Below the pieces are notes generated by a model, which was given only the letters and a program-made list of their open reading frames with translations, made no database searches and was not told the origin of the DNA. DNA of 64,000 bases, taken from the sequence record PP355766.1; one strand, given 5' to 3'. Both the position numbers and the translations under genes were made by a program. Shown one piece after another: positions 28,880-37,603 of this stretch (its first letter is position 1; each line of letters opens with the position of its first letter).

Positions 28880-29332
28880 TCAGAAGAATAAAGTTAAGGC
28901 ATCGGCTAATTCAGCCGGTTTAATCCGGGTAGCCAGCACCGGGACGATTGCGAGGGGCGGGGTGTATTCGCTTTCCCCGTAGTTCATCACGTCGCCGAGT
29001 AAATAGGTATCATCATAATCATTTTCGCTTACGACGATAAACATAAGGCCAGCGGCTACCGCGTCAATCTCCACGGTTTCGCAAATATCAGCCTCATAAA
29101 GAATCGAATCAGCGGCTACCAGTTGGGAGATAATGCCCGACTCTTTAAAATCAGCGGGGCGCGGGAGAATATCGGTCACGGCTTTTAATACAGTGGCGCC
29201 GTCAACGGTAATGATTTTTTGATAGCTAACATGCGGGCGCCCTTCGCTATCGCGGGTAATAACCAGACTGTTTTCTACGACGTTGGACGCGGTGAAAGAT
29301 TTACGGTTGTTATAGATGAAAGTAAGTTTCAT
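28880..29332 (-). CDS. Pre-early hypothetical protein
   Basis: 150 aa; CTGGAG RBS; between dmp and A1. Confidence 0.8.
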   Translation of the reverse strand: MKLTFIYNNRKSFTASNVVENSLVITRDSEGRPHVSYQKIITVDGATVLKAVTDILPRPADFKESGIISQLVAADSILYEADICETVEIDAVAAGLMFIVVSENDYDDTYLLGDVMNYGESEYTPPLAIVPVLATRIKPAELADALTLFF

Positions 29333-29395
29333 TTGTTTCTCCAGCTTATTTATTTAGGGGGTTATTTATTGCCGGGATATTCTCCCGGCTTTTTA

Positions 29396-31078
29396 TTATG
29401 CAAAGAAAGCGCCGTCTTTAAAGTCAATCAAAGTACGCTGCCCGTTTTCATAGGTGATAAGATGAGTCTGTGACCAGCTAGACGCGCCAATGTTGTAGCC
29501 CATATCGAGGGAACCAGCGACGCCAGCAGTATAAACGCCACCGTAAATGCTAGGGGTATGCGTATGGCCAGTGTTCATCTTGCCGAGCTTGCGGAAGCCT
29601 TTCGGATTGCCGCGAGCGCCGTTAATGCCGTTGTGACCGTGGGAACCGCATTCGATGCCCGCGATTTTCATCGATTCGTCTGTAGTTAAGAAGATCGCAG
29701 CAAAATCGCAGCCAGCAACATTGCGCAGGGCATAATCCAGCACGTTAAAAGTATCGTCCTTGTTTTCGATTGCCTCATAAATCGCGGCATTCAGACGATA
29801 GTAAAGATGGGCGTTTGCCGGGTCTTGTTGAATGTTAGCTTTGCTATCATCCAGCCAGCGAGAAAGCGCTAGATCGTGGTTGGATTCAACAATGACCGTT
29901 TGACTAAATTCACGCTCCATTTGCTCCAGTACGCGGCCCGTATCAATCAGGTCGTCAATTACCTTGTCACGTCCGGCGGCGTACTGTTTCGCAAGGAAAA
30001 CACCACTAGCGCGGTTATGATGGTTGCGTGACGTGAAATCATGCACATCATGCACAATCTGGTAACGAGGGCGCAGGATATCCACTAGCGCGGTTTCGCT
30101 AGGGTTATATTCCCAGCTTGCCGCCGCGACAGCGTGATCCAGCTTTTCGGCGTGAATGTCACCATATTGCAGCGCGGCAACGTGGCCCGTTACTTCTTCG
30201 CCACCGTTAACCGTAAATTTATGGTTAAGATCGTAAAACATCCCGCTTTCGTCCATCGTTTCGATTTGGCGAGCAAAGAAGTTGCCGCTATCGTCGATCT
30301 CTACCAGCAAAGCGCCGTAGTTATGCAGCGCTTCGGCCTTTTGGCCCGCTTTTTGCTGAATATAATTTTTCAGCGTTGCCGTACCAGTTGAGTACATACG
30401 GCGCACAGTGTCGCCCTTCATTGCCGGGACACTTTCGGCGGTGATTTTAGCGTGACCGATAGCCAGTCCTTTCAGGCCGTAGGCGGTCGCAGTCTCGCCA
30501 AAGCCGGACAGCGGAAAATCAGCAGTAGGCAGAATGTTAATTTCCGCCATGAATGCAAAGCCTGTTTCACGGTTGCCCAAAAACACGTTTTCATCACAAA
30601 TGAAATCTGAGAAAGCATCATCATATTTCAGTTCATCGTTGCCCTGCCCGTTTTGGAAGCCTTTTTTGTTGTAGGCGTATTTGCTTACTAACAGAGTAGC
30701 ACCGAGATATTTCGCGGCCTCCTGTAAGGTTTTCCAGAAATTAGCATGAGGGAACGTATTGTTTTGAATCGAAGTCAAAAGAAAACGGCGGCCCGGAATT
30801 ACCTTCCAGCTTTCGACGCTGGAGTTAAGCTGACCAGCGGCAACGGGGCGGGAATCTTCCACCGCAACACGTTGGGCGCGTTTTTCAGCAGCAGGTTTAA
30901 CAGGCTTGTTATTATCCAGCCAATCGCAAATTTCGCTAGAATGTTTCGCCGTCCCGTAATGCTCTTTGCTCAATTCGTCGCAGATCTCCAGCTTTTTAGC
31001 GCGCAGACGTTTACCCCAAAAGTTGAGGTTATTTGCAGCGGTTAAAATAGCTTTCTGTTTCTCGATTGCAATGATCAT
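29396..31078 (-). CDS. A1: A1 protein (DNA transfer / host DNA degradation; metallophosphoesterase-like)
   Basis: 560 aa; motifs GDIHAE, HDVHD, ESNHD, SHGH, GHTH; matches recalled T5 A1. Confidence 0.93.
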   Translation of the reverse strand: MIIAIEKQKAILTAANNLNFWGKRLRAKKLEICDELSKEHYGTAKHSSEICDWLDNNKPVKPAAEKRAQRVAVEDSRPVAAGQLNSSVESWKVIPGRRFLLTSIQNNTFPHANFWKTLQEAAKYLGATLLVSKYAYNKKGFQNGQGNDELKYDDAFSDFICDENVFLGNRETGFAFMAEINILPTADFPLSGFGETATAYGLKGLAIGHAKITAESVPAMKGDTVRRMYSTGTATLKNYIQQKAGQKAEALHNYGALLVEIDDSGNFFARQIETMDESGMFYDLNHKFTVNGGEEVTGHVAALQYGDIHAEKLDHAVAAASWEYNPSETALVDILRPRYQIVHDVHDFTSRNHHNRASGVFLAKQYAAGRDKVIDDLIDTGRVLEQMEREFSQTVIVESNHDLALSRWLDDSKANIQQDPANAHLYYRLNAAIYEAIENKDDTFNVLDYALRNVAGCDFAAIFLTTDESMKIAGIECGSHGHNGINGARGNPKGFRKLGKMNTGHTHTPSIYGGVYTAGVAGSLDMGYNIGASSWSQTHLITYENGQRTLIDFKDGAFFA

Positions 31079-31161
31079 TATCTAAATTCTCCAGTTAATG
31101 GGATATAGGCAGAATTGCCAAATATAACGCCTTGTTGCTGGTGGCGTTATAATTTGCGACT

Positions 31162-31389
31162 CTAAACTATTGCCGGAATAATACTGGCGGATATTCCAAA
31201 AGCTACCGCTAGAATAATAAAGATTATTGACCAGCGGCGGCAAATACTCGCTTTCTTGAACCAGAAGTCACGGCGTAATAAATCCGTTTGTTCGCTGCCT
31301 ATTTCCATGAAGTTATAGTATCCATAGAGACAAGCGGCGGCGAAAAAGCCAGCGATAAGAATTAAGGATTCAGTAGGGAAAAAGATCAT
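31162..31389 (-). CDS. Pre-early membrane protein
   Basis: 75 aa with two hydrophobic helices; between A1 and A2 as in T5. Confidence 0.75.
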   Translation of the reverse strand: MIFFPTESLILIAGFFAAACLYGYYNFMEIGSEQTDLLRRDFWFKKASICRRWSIIFIILAVAFGISASIIPAIV

Positions 31390-31655
31390 TTTACAACCTC
31401 CTTTTCTTCTACGCTGAAAGCGTAGTTAAGAAGGTAAATTTCGCGGGAAGATAATTCCAGCATTTCCGGCTTAAATACTTCGCGGTTAATAGCCATACCG
31501 TAAGTATCCGCATCAGGGTTAACCCACAAAACAATATATTCAGGTACTTTAACGCTTGGGGGCGTCATAACCTTATTATCCTGATAACCCGTCTGGATTA
31601 ATTCATCCACGACGGTTCCCGTTAATTTAATAACGGCACCTTTAATTAAAGCCAT
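31386..31655 (-). CDS. Pre-early hypothetical protein
   Basis: ATG at 31655 with CTGGAG RBS. Confidence 0.75.
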   Translation of the reverse strand: MALIKGAVIKLTGTVVDELIQTGYQDNKVMTPPSVKVPEYIVLWVNPDADTYGMAINREVFKPEMLELSSREIYLLNYAFSVEEKEVVK

Positions 31656-31722
31656 TTTTATTTCTCCAGTTATGGGGGACAAAATATTTAATTATGCGCC
31701 CCGCTAGGGAGGCGCATTATAA

Positions 31723-32127
31723 TTATTCTGCCGATTCTTTTACTTCGTCCTGAACGCCAACCATACGGGCGATAACGTCCAGTTGGTCGAGCTTCATTTG
31801 TTCCAGACTTGCCAAACCATCGGCATCATCAATCAGGCCGTCAGCAATGGCGTGCTGAGTGAGAACGCGCACATAGTGAGCTTTACGCAGGGAGGAACCG
31901 CCGCCGACTTTGCGCGGCTTATCGGACTTCTGATAAACCTTTGCGCTAACCAGTTTAGAGCGCACTTTAACATGCGATTCAGCACCGACAGCCTTTGCAA
32001 TATCGATAAGACCTTGCGAGTTGGCTACCTCCAGACCATCGGATGCAATAATGCCTTCATACATAGAAATGGCAGTAGCGGCGTTGGCTTCGTTCCATGC
32101 GAATTTTTCGGTTTTAGTAGCAGTCAT
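31723..32127 (-). CDS. A2: A2 protein (second-step transfer, DNA-binding)
   Basis: KFAWNE…VRSKL.SAK.YQKSDKPRKVGGGSS.RKAHYVRV matches recalled T5 A2. Confidence 0.95.
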   Translation of the reverse strand: MTATKTEKFAWNEANAATAISMYEGIIASDGLEVANSQGLIDIAKAVGAESHVKVRSKLVSAKVYQKSDKPRKVGGGSSLRKAHYVRVLTQHAIADGLIDDADGLASLEQMKLDQLDVIARMVGVQDEVKESAE

Positions 32128-32425
32128 GATATATCTCCAGTTTTATTTAAGGGTTTAGAATAACTAGAATGTTATTCCTAATAAGCTGTTAATAATAGCG
32201 GTTAACCTCATCACCGTAATATTCCGGCACTATCGTTAAAAGTATTATACAGCTTATTCAGAAAACACTTTAAAGCTATTTCTTTCAAAATATATTAGCG
32301 CATTATTCGTCGCTTTATTTTGCCGCTCTTAATTGCCGCGGTAGCATGATATGTACCGTCGAAAGGATATATTATAAATATACCGAATCGCCGGGTGAGG
32401 CGGTTTAATTAATACCATTTAGCCG

Positions 32426-32686
32426 TTAAGCGACGGCTAACCATTTATCATCTTTGCGAATGACTTTCACCACGTCGCCGGAATCTACCCGGACGCTGTA
32501 AATCTTCGCATCGCTGTTTTTTGCTTTTTCCGTTTCGGCGTATACCGCATTAATTTTATCAAACGGGATCATCGCCGCCCCTTTGATATATCCGATTTTT
32601 TCGTTTTCGCCCGGCTTACTTACGTCGCCAGTAACGAAAGGAATAAAAACGGAATCACCGATCATTGGGGTTTTAACGTTTTGCAT
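32426..32686 (-). CDS. Pre-early hypothetical protein
   Basis: 86 aa; CTGGAG RBS; own promoter. Confidence 0.8.
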   Translation of the reverse strand: MQNVKTPMIGDSVFIPFVTGDVSKPGENEKIGYIKGAAMIPFDKINAVYAETEKAKNSDAKIYSVRVDSGDVVKVIRKDDKWLAVA

Positions 32687-32827
32687 GTTTCTTACTCCAG
32701 TTTAGTTTATTGGGTTATCCGGTTAACACTCTGATATTCTAGAGCGTTAACAGAAAACTCAATTACCCTTACTGAGAGAATCGACTTTTCCAGATTTTTA
32801 AAGAGCGGTGTTGCTTATTGAGATTCT

Positions 32828-32856
32828 ATAATAAAGCGTTATCGGCAGACTGTCAA
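32828..32856 (-). promoter_or_regulatory. Pre-early promoter
   Basis: TTGACA-N17-TATTAT. Confidence 0.8.
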
Positions 32857-33041
32857 GCGTTATTTTGTAAAGATTTTAAATAACGCATCATGTTATCCCA
32901 AATCATCGGCAAGCCTTGCTGACCTCCGCGCTGGTAAGAGCGGTAACGCCGCGCCATATCGCGTTGCATTTTGACCAGTTCCGAACTTGCCATTTTGTTC
33001 AATTTTGCTGCCGGTTTAGATGATATTACAAAGCGTTTCAT
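32853..33041 (-). CDS. Pre-early basic microprotein (62 aa)
   Basis: AAAGGT RBS; follows the 55-aa ORF. Confidence 0.65.
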   Translation of the reverse strand: MKRFVISSKPAAKLNKMASSELVKMQRDMARRYRSYQRGGQQGLPMIWDNMMRYLKSLQNNA

Positions 33042-33056
33042 GTTGTCAACCTTTAA

Positions 33057-33224
33057 TTAGTGGAGTGTATGATTTCGTTTAGTTTGCATAATGATTTGGC
33101 CGTCTTTATGAATGAAGGCTAAATCTACGTCGTACACGTTTGAGTAAGTCTCTATAAAGTGTTCGGCGTCTGCTACTGTAAACTCGTTTACAATCTCGCT
33201 ACTCATTACGTTTTCTTTTAACAT
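33057..33224 (-). CDS. Pre-early microprotein (55 aa, MLKENVMSSEIVNEF…)
   Basis: Hand-translated; TAAGGA RBS; below the ORF-track cutoff. Confidence 0.6.
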   Translation of the reverse strand: MLKENVMSSEIVNEFTVADAEHFIETYSNVYDVDLAFIHKDGQIIMQTKRNHTLH

Positions 33225-33296
33225 GTTTTCGGTTTCCTTATAAAGTAAAGAAGCCGATAACGCTTTTTATAGAATCCCAAATTGTTAAAGAGCAGT

Positions 33297-33423
33297 GTAG
33301 GGCGGGGACAGACTATCTTGTTTCGGCGTTTCCTTTCGCGGTAGTCGGGGCAATGTTGCCGCCTCCAGATACCTAACTACTAGTGAAACGCTTTCGTGTT
33401 TCCGTTTCGTCTTGCCGCCCTAC
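33297..33423 (-). ncRNA. Candidate structured pre-early RNA or leader
   Basis: 9-bp closing helix GTAGGGCGG/CCGCCCTAC, internal hairpins, six GAAA motifs, promoter directly upstream. Confidence 0.55.
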
Positions 33424-33430
33424 GAGATAA

Positions 33431-33458
33431 ATAATAACACAATGACGTTTAGCCGCAA
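33431..33458 (-). promoter_or_regulatory. Pre-early promoter
   Basis: TTGCGG-N16-TATTAT. Confidence 0.55.
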
Positions 33459-33818
33459 GCGGAGAATTGTAAAGAAGCGTAAAGAGAAAATGACCCTCAC
33501 CATGAATAGGAAACGCGCACACGTTGCACAGCTATTAAAGAAAGTCAACGAATATTTTTACTATTTTTCTTCAAAAGGGGTTGACAAAACCTATTTCACA
33601 CGAGGTGAGGAGATCGCCACATACCCGGTATGATTCATCGGCTTTTATCTAAAACCGCTTAGAATCGATTCTAGAGCGTTTTAGACCCTGTTAATAACTT
33701 ATACAAAAAGCAAAAATGAAATTTAATTAGTTATCCACTAGACAAATGATTATTTCTATGAAAACGCAAAAATAATGCTTGCGTTTATTTTATGCTGCAC
33801 TCCTGTTTTCCGGGCAAG

Positions 33819-33916
33819 TTATCCACAGCACAAAATAACTTGACAAGCTGAGAAGCGGTATAACGAGATATCCCCAGACTTATCCACAGGTTATCCTACT
33901 GTATATTTATACAGTA
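33819..33916. promoter_or_regulatory. DnaA boxes plus LexA (SOS) box, left copy
   Basis: TTATCCACA at 33819-33827 and 33880-33888; TACTGTATATTTATACAGTA at 33897-33916. Confidence 0.8.
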
Positions 33917-34030
33917 TATTCCGGCAGCGGTAATACTCTAATATGCCCCTAGAACGCTCTATAACGCATTCTAAGCGCTTTAAATTTAGAGGCCATATTA
34001 AAGGCCGTTGCTAGAGGGCGCGGAAAAATA

Positions 34031-34059
34031 AAAAGCCCGCTCATTATAAGCAGGCTTTT
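34031..34059. terminator. Bidirectional-type terminator ending the 34-37 kb operon
   Basis: AAAAGCC…GGCTTTT stem with A and T tails. Confidence 0.7.
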
Positions 34060-34073
34060 AATTCGTTAGCTAA

Positions 34074-34316
34074 CTATTCCGTATAGGTAATGTTATCATG
34101 GTCAGTAAATGAAAACGGCGTTTCATCCGTACTCCATTCATCCCATAACTTAGCAGACTCATGATTTCGCAGTTTAGCAATAGCAGGCAAAATACTAGCT
34201 TGCTCATTATTAACAATAGGGGCGGCTAACTTTGCATACTCCTCCGGGGTTAATTCCACCTCATAGGTGAGATTAGTAACCCTTTGCGTACTAACTAATA
34301 CACGTATCTTTTCCAT
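34074..34316 (-). CDS. Pre-early hypothetical protein
   Basis: 80 aa; coupled to the upstream gene (TAATG). Confidence 0.7.
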   Translation of the reverse strand: MEKIRVLVSTQRVTNLTYEVELTPEEYAKLAAPIVNNEQASILPAIAKLRNHESAKLWDEWSTDETPFSFTDHDNITYTE

Positions 34317-34663
34317 TATCGAAATACCGTTTCAATTGTTTCGCCGCTAGAGCAGACTGACCCGCCGCGATAAAACAGGCGTTCGGTTTTATATTTGGTT
34401 AGCAGATCATAGAGATCCAGATCATCGGAAAGCGGGTAAGATTCCCCCAGCGCGGAAACGGAAACAGGTTTACCCGCCACCAGATCACGGCAAATCAGAA
34501 TCAGCAAAGGCCAGCTAATATTGATAGCATCGCCCCGCAACCCAATTTTGAGGGTAGCCACTTCGTCAATATGCCTTGCATTCTGGCGGCTAACGTATTG
34601 GATAACGGTTTCCATCGTTTTATAGTGAGCCAGAAAATATTTGTTGACATAGATGTAAATCAT
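34316..34663 (-). CDS. Pre-early hypothetical protein
   Basis: 115 aa; ATGA overlap. Confidence 0.75.
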   Translation of the reverse strand: MIYIYVNKYFLAHYKTMETVIQYVSRQNARHIDEVATLKIGLRGDAINISWPLLILICRDLVAGKPVSVSALGESYPLSDDLDLYDLLTKYKTERLFYRGGSVCSSGETIETVFR

Positions 34664-35187
34664 AGGTATACGACCCCGCTAACCTTCCAACCGGATTTTA
34701 AACCTTCCTCAATATGAAGGATAGTTTCAGCATCCGGGATATAGATAAACGTTTTCAATTCGCGCAGATTAATAACTGCCTTTCCGTCAGCTATCTGGAT
34801 GTAACCCAAATAGATTGCCCGCTCTAGAACGGAATGAAGGGGCGAACCACCATTAACGAGGTTGCAGGAATGACCGGGCCAGTACATATAAAACGACCCT
34901 TCTACCCCAGCATTACAGTATTTTTCGTCGCCGTCGTCTTCTTCCCAATCATCCTCGCCTAACATACTTTCGGCATGTTCGCAAGCCTTTTCCCAGGAAA
35001 GGGAATCGACGTCAATTCCACGACCTAAAAAATGAAGGTCAGTCCAGGACGTACCGCAAACGTTAGTATCACATTTGAGGACGGCGGCGACTTCCTGAGA
35101 TTCAATTAGCCCGCCCTCTAAATATAAACCTTCTTCCGCTTCTACCGTACAATTAATGCCCGGTACGCAAGATTTCACATGAAACAT
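34660..35187 (-). CDS. Pre-early acidic hypothetical protein
   Basis: 175 aa; CTGGAG RBS. Confidence 0.8.
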   Translation of the reverse strand: MFHVKSCVPGINCTVEAEEGLYLEGGLIESQEVAAVLKCDTNVCGTSWTDLHFLGRGIDVDSLSWEKACEHAESMLGEDDWEEDDGDEKYCNAGVEGSFYMYWPGHSCNLVNGGSPLHSVLERAIYLGYIQIADGKAVINLRELKTFIYIPDAETILHIEEGLKSGWKVSGVVYL

Positions 35188-35238
35188 GGTTTTCTCCAGT
35201 AATGGGGGCGGCTAGAGATTTAGCCGCCGGGAGGGATA

Positions 35239-35733
35239 TTACAGCTTATCGCGGAAAGTATCAAGCCGGTTGTTTAGCTCTTTAATCGCGTCGGCATGGA
35301 TTTCGTCATACGTTGACACGATATCCGCCAGCTCATCCATAGTTAGCGAACTAACAATAACGGACGTTTTCACCTCCAGCTTTTCCGGCTCCGGTTCCGC
35401 TGGTGGCGTATCCAAAAACGTTAGCGAGCCTAAGCTAACAAGGTATACTTCCATTTCAGTCGCGCCGTTTTCGCAATCGATTTCAAAGGTACTATCGCCA
35501 ATACAGATATCAAAGCCATAGCCATATACCCCGATAATCCGCAAGGGGATTCCCAGCATATCATCGGTGTCCGGGTAGCAGTCCCGGCGGTCAATCTGGC
35601 GAGCCAGATTATCTAAATTTTTAGGCTCAACGAAAATAGCATTTTTGCCACGATCGCCATTATCACGCAGGTGATGCCAGATATCGGCAAGCGTCATCTT
35701 TTTACCTTCAAAAGTAGCGGTTAACCGTTCCAT
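35239..35733 (-). CDS. Pre-early hypothetical protein
   Basis: 164 aa; CTGGAG RBS. Confidence 0.8.
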   Translation of the reverse strand: MERLTATFEGKKMTLADIWHHLRDNGDRGKNAIFVEPKNLDNLARQIDRRDCYPDTDDMLGIPLRIIGVYGYGFDICIGDSTFEIDCENGATEMEVYLVSLGSLTFLDTPPAEPEPEKLEVKTSVIVSSLTMDELADIVSTYDEIHADAIKELNNRLDTFRDKL

Positions 35734-35798
35734 AACGTTCTCCAGTTAGTTAGCAGGGTAATTATTATAGCGCCCCATTATAGAGGCGCTAGATATAA

Positions 35799-36764
35799 TT
35801 ATTCTGCTACGTCGTTTTCAATCAGGCTAGAAAGATTGACGCCTTTCAATACTTCGTCAATCATTTCGCCTACATTGAAACTTTGTACCAGTTCAAGCAT
35901 AGCGGCTTGCATTGCAGCATCCGCCGCGATCACCGCTTTGCGGTTGTTCGGCGCGTACTGGCTAACCGCGAAGTTCAGCAGGTTAGCAATTACCACACGG
36001 CCTACGGCGGTGTCAACATAACCGCGAACCATAAACGGCGCTTTGCTGGCGGCGATGCCGGAAACTTTTTTCAGGACGATGGAACCAGCTTCCAGTTTAG
36101 CAGCATTTACAGCAGCGTTTTTGTTAGCGGCAACGATAGCGGTAGCGGTAGATTTGATAGTATTCATTTGTAATGCTCCAGTCTCAAAATTATTAGGGTT
36201 AACTACATTTTCAGTAACAGCCGGGGCGACTTCTTCTAGCTCGCCATCATAACGATAATTTCCAGTCCTTGCCCCTTCTTCGATATCAATATCGTAAGGG
36301 TCACATGGTAACAGGATACTCCCGTCCTTGTCAAGCACAAAAATCATCATTTCGCTAGAAATGCGTGCTGGTGGTAGTTCCAGATGATCGCACAGATTTT
36401 TAACCCATGCGCGGGCATCGGTGAAAGCAAGCAGTTCGCTTTCATGGTAGCAAAAACGTCTCGACGCTTGCTTACCCTCGGACGCCTTATACAAATAAGC
36501 GTCCGTAGTGGTAGATACTATCAGATCAATAGGCTGGCTGTCAACCAAATATTGATCATCGTGATAAATAACAATCGCCGCGCCGGGGTTGGCTAGAACG
36601 TAGTCACGGCAACGCTCAAAGGCATAGCCGGATCTACTTTCCATATTTGCGCGATAAACGGCCAAAATATGACCAATAGAGGCGCACTTACTGCCGTCTA
36701 ACAGGTTGCGAGCGCCACCGCGAACCATCGGCAAATTAGCAACGGGGGTAAATTTCTGTAACAT
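35799..36764 (-). CDS. Pre-early protein with Ala-rich C-terminal domain and a probable internal start
   Basis: 321 aa; AAGGAG RBS; second CTGGAG-N8-ATG at 36167. Confidence 0.85.
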   Translation of the reverse strand: MLQKFTPVANLPMVRGGARNLLDGSKCASIGHILAVYRANMESRSGYAFERCRDYVLANPGAAIVIYHDDQYLVDSQPIDLIVSTTTDAYLYKASEGKQASRRFCYHESELLAFTDARAWVKNLCDHLELPPARISSEMMIFVLDKDGSILLPCDPYDIDIEEGARTGNYRYDGELEEVAPAVTENVVNPNNFETGALQMNTIKSTATAIVAANKNAAVNAAKLEAGSIVLKKVSGIAASKAPFMVRGYVDTAVGRVVIANLLNFAVSQYAPNNRKAVIAADAAMQAAMLELVQSFNVGEMIDEVLKGVNLSSLIENDVAE

Positions 36765-36796
36765 CTTCTGTTACTCCTTTGTTTGGCTGAGAATCT

Positions 36797-36826
36797 ATTA
36801 TAGCAAGATTCCCAGCTTTTTAGCAA
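36797..36826 (-). promoter_or_regulatory. Pre-early promoter
   Basis: TTGCTA-N18-TATAAT. Confidence 0.7.
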
Positions 36827-36836
36827 TCATTATTTT

Positions 36837-37175
36837 CTAGAAGCAGATACCACGGCCCCGGCCTACCTCATCCCGATTCTCATCGAAAATGATCACGTTG
36901 GCATTGAACGTGCTACGGTTAACGATCATCTGTATTCCGTCCTTGCCCGGTTCCGGTTCCACCATGAATCCCCAAGTGCCGGAGTCAACCGCCACGGAAT
37001 CAAAATCCTGATTCCGTAACACTGCCGTAACAGTACCCTCCTTTGCAAAGGTCACACTGACACGGCATTCAATAGGCCGTACTTTTTCAGGGGTAACGAT
37101 AGCCGGGGCGCTAACCTCCGCAAGTGCAGCACCTGAAAGCATAGCAAGGCCAAAGCCAACAATAGCGAGTCTCAT
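36837..37175 (-). CDS. Pre-early exported protein (signal-peptide-like N-terminus)
   Basis: MRLAIVGFGLAMLSGAALA-E; CTGGAG RBS before ATG 37175. Confidence 0.75.
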   Translation of the reverse strand: MRLAIVGFGLAMLSGAALAEVSAPAIVTPEKVRPIECRVSVTFAKEGTVTAVLRNQDFDSVAVDSGTWGFMVEPEPGKDGIQMIVNRSTFNANVIIFDENRDEVGRGRGICF

Positions 37176-37218
37176 AACATTCTCCAGTTTTTGGGGTTGT
37201 TCCCGTTCAAGAGATCGC

Positions 37219-37291
37219 ATTATGGCGGAATCGGATTTGCTTGTCTACTACTAAAAATAGTAGTTGCTTCCTGCTAGAGTTATGTTATTAT
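37219..37291. promoter_or_regulatory. Divergent promoter pair
   Basis: Minus strand TAGACA-N17-CATAAT (37219-37247); plus strand TTGCTT-N16-TATTAT (37264-37291). Confidence 0.65.
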
Positions 37292-37319
37292 TATGACTCC
37301 AAACAAAGGAGATCGAAAA

Positions 37320-37433
37320 ATGGCTTTTTCAATGTTGGCGCTCGGTTTAGTCGGTTCTATGATGGTTTTGGGCTTTATCGCTTTTTGCGGCTATGCCCTC
37401 TATGATACTTTGTTTAATAAGGAGGCTTTTTAA
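37320..37433 (+). CDS. Membrane microprotein (37 aa)
   Basis: AAAGGAG RBS; single hydrophobic helix; hand-translated. Confidence 0.7.
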   Translation: MAFSMLALGLVGSMMVLGFIAFCGYALYDTLFNKEAF

Positions 37434-37603
37434 TGAGAACTTTGCGCGGTGGTAGTCCCAAAAGCCGTAGCCACAATACTTACCAGTTGAACGTTATTCG
37501 TGATGGTCAGAAGAAAGGCGGTGACGGTGGCGGCGGTGAGTGGGGTTTTCGTGTCATCATGGTTATTATTATGACCCTAGTCTTTTTGCAGAGCTGCCAA
37601 TAA
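37433..37603 (+). CDS. Membrane microprotein (56 aa, C-terminal TM)
   Basis: TAATG coupling; AAGGAGG RBS inside the upstream ORF. Confidence 0.7.
   Translation: MRTLRGGSPKSRSHNTYQLNVIRDGQKKGGDGGGGEWGFRVIMVIIMTLVFLQSCQ

Noticed and set aside
32195-32225. Hammerhead-like UGAUGA-GGUUAACC on the minus strand
   Set aside because: Lacks C3 and the GAAA after stem II
33297-33423. Hammerhead interpretation of the GACGAAAC motifs
   Set aside because: No CUGANGA core; kept only as an unclassified structured RNA
33412-33633. 73-aa plus-strand ORF
   Set aside because: TTG start without an RBS; overlaps a promoter and AT-rich regulatory DNA
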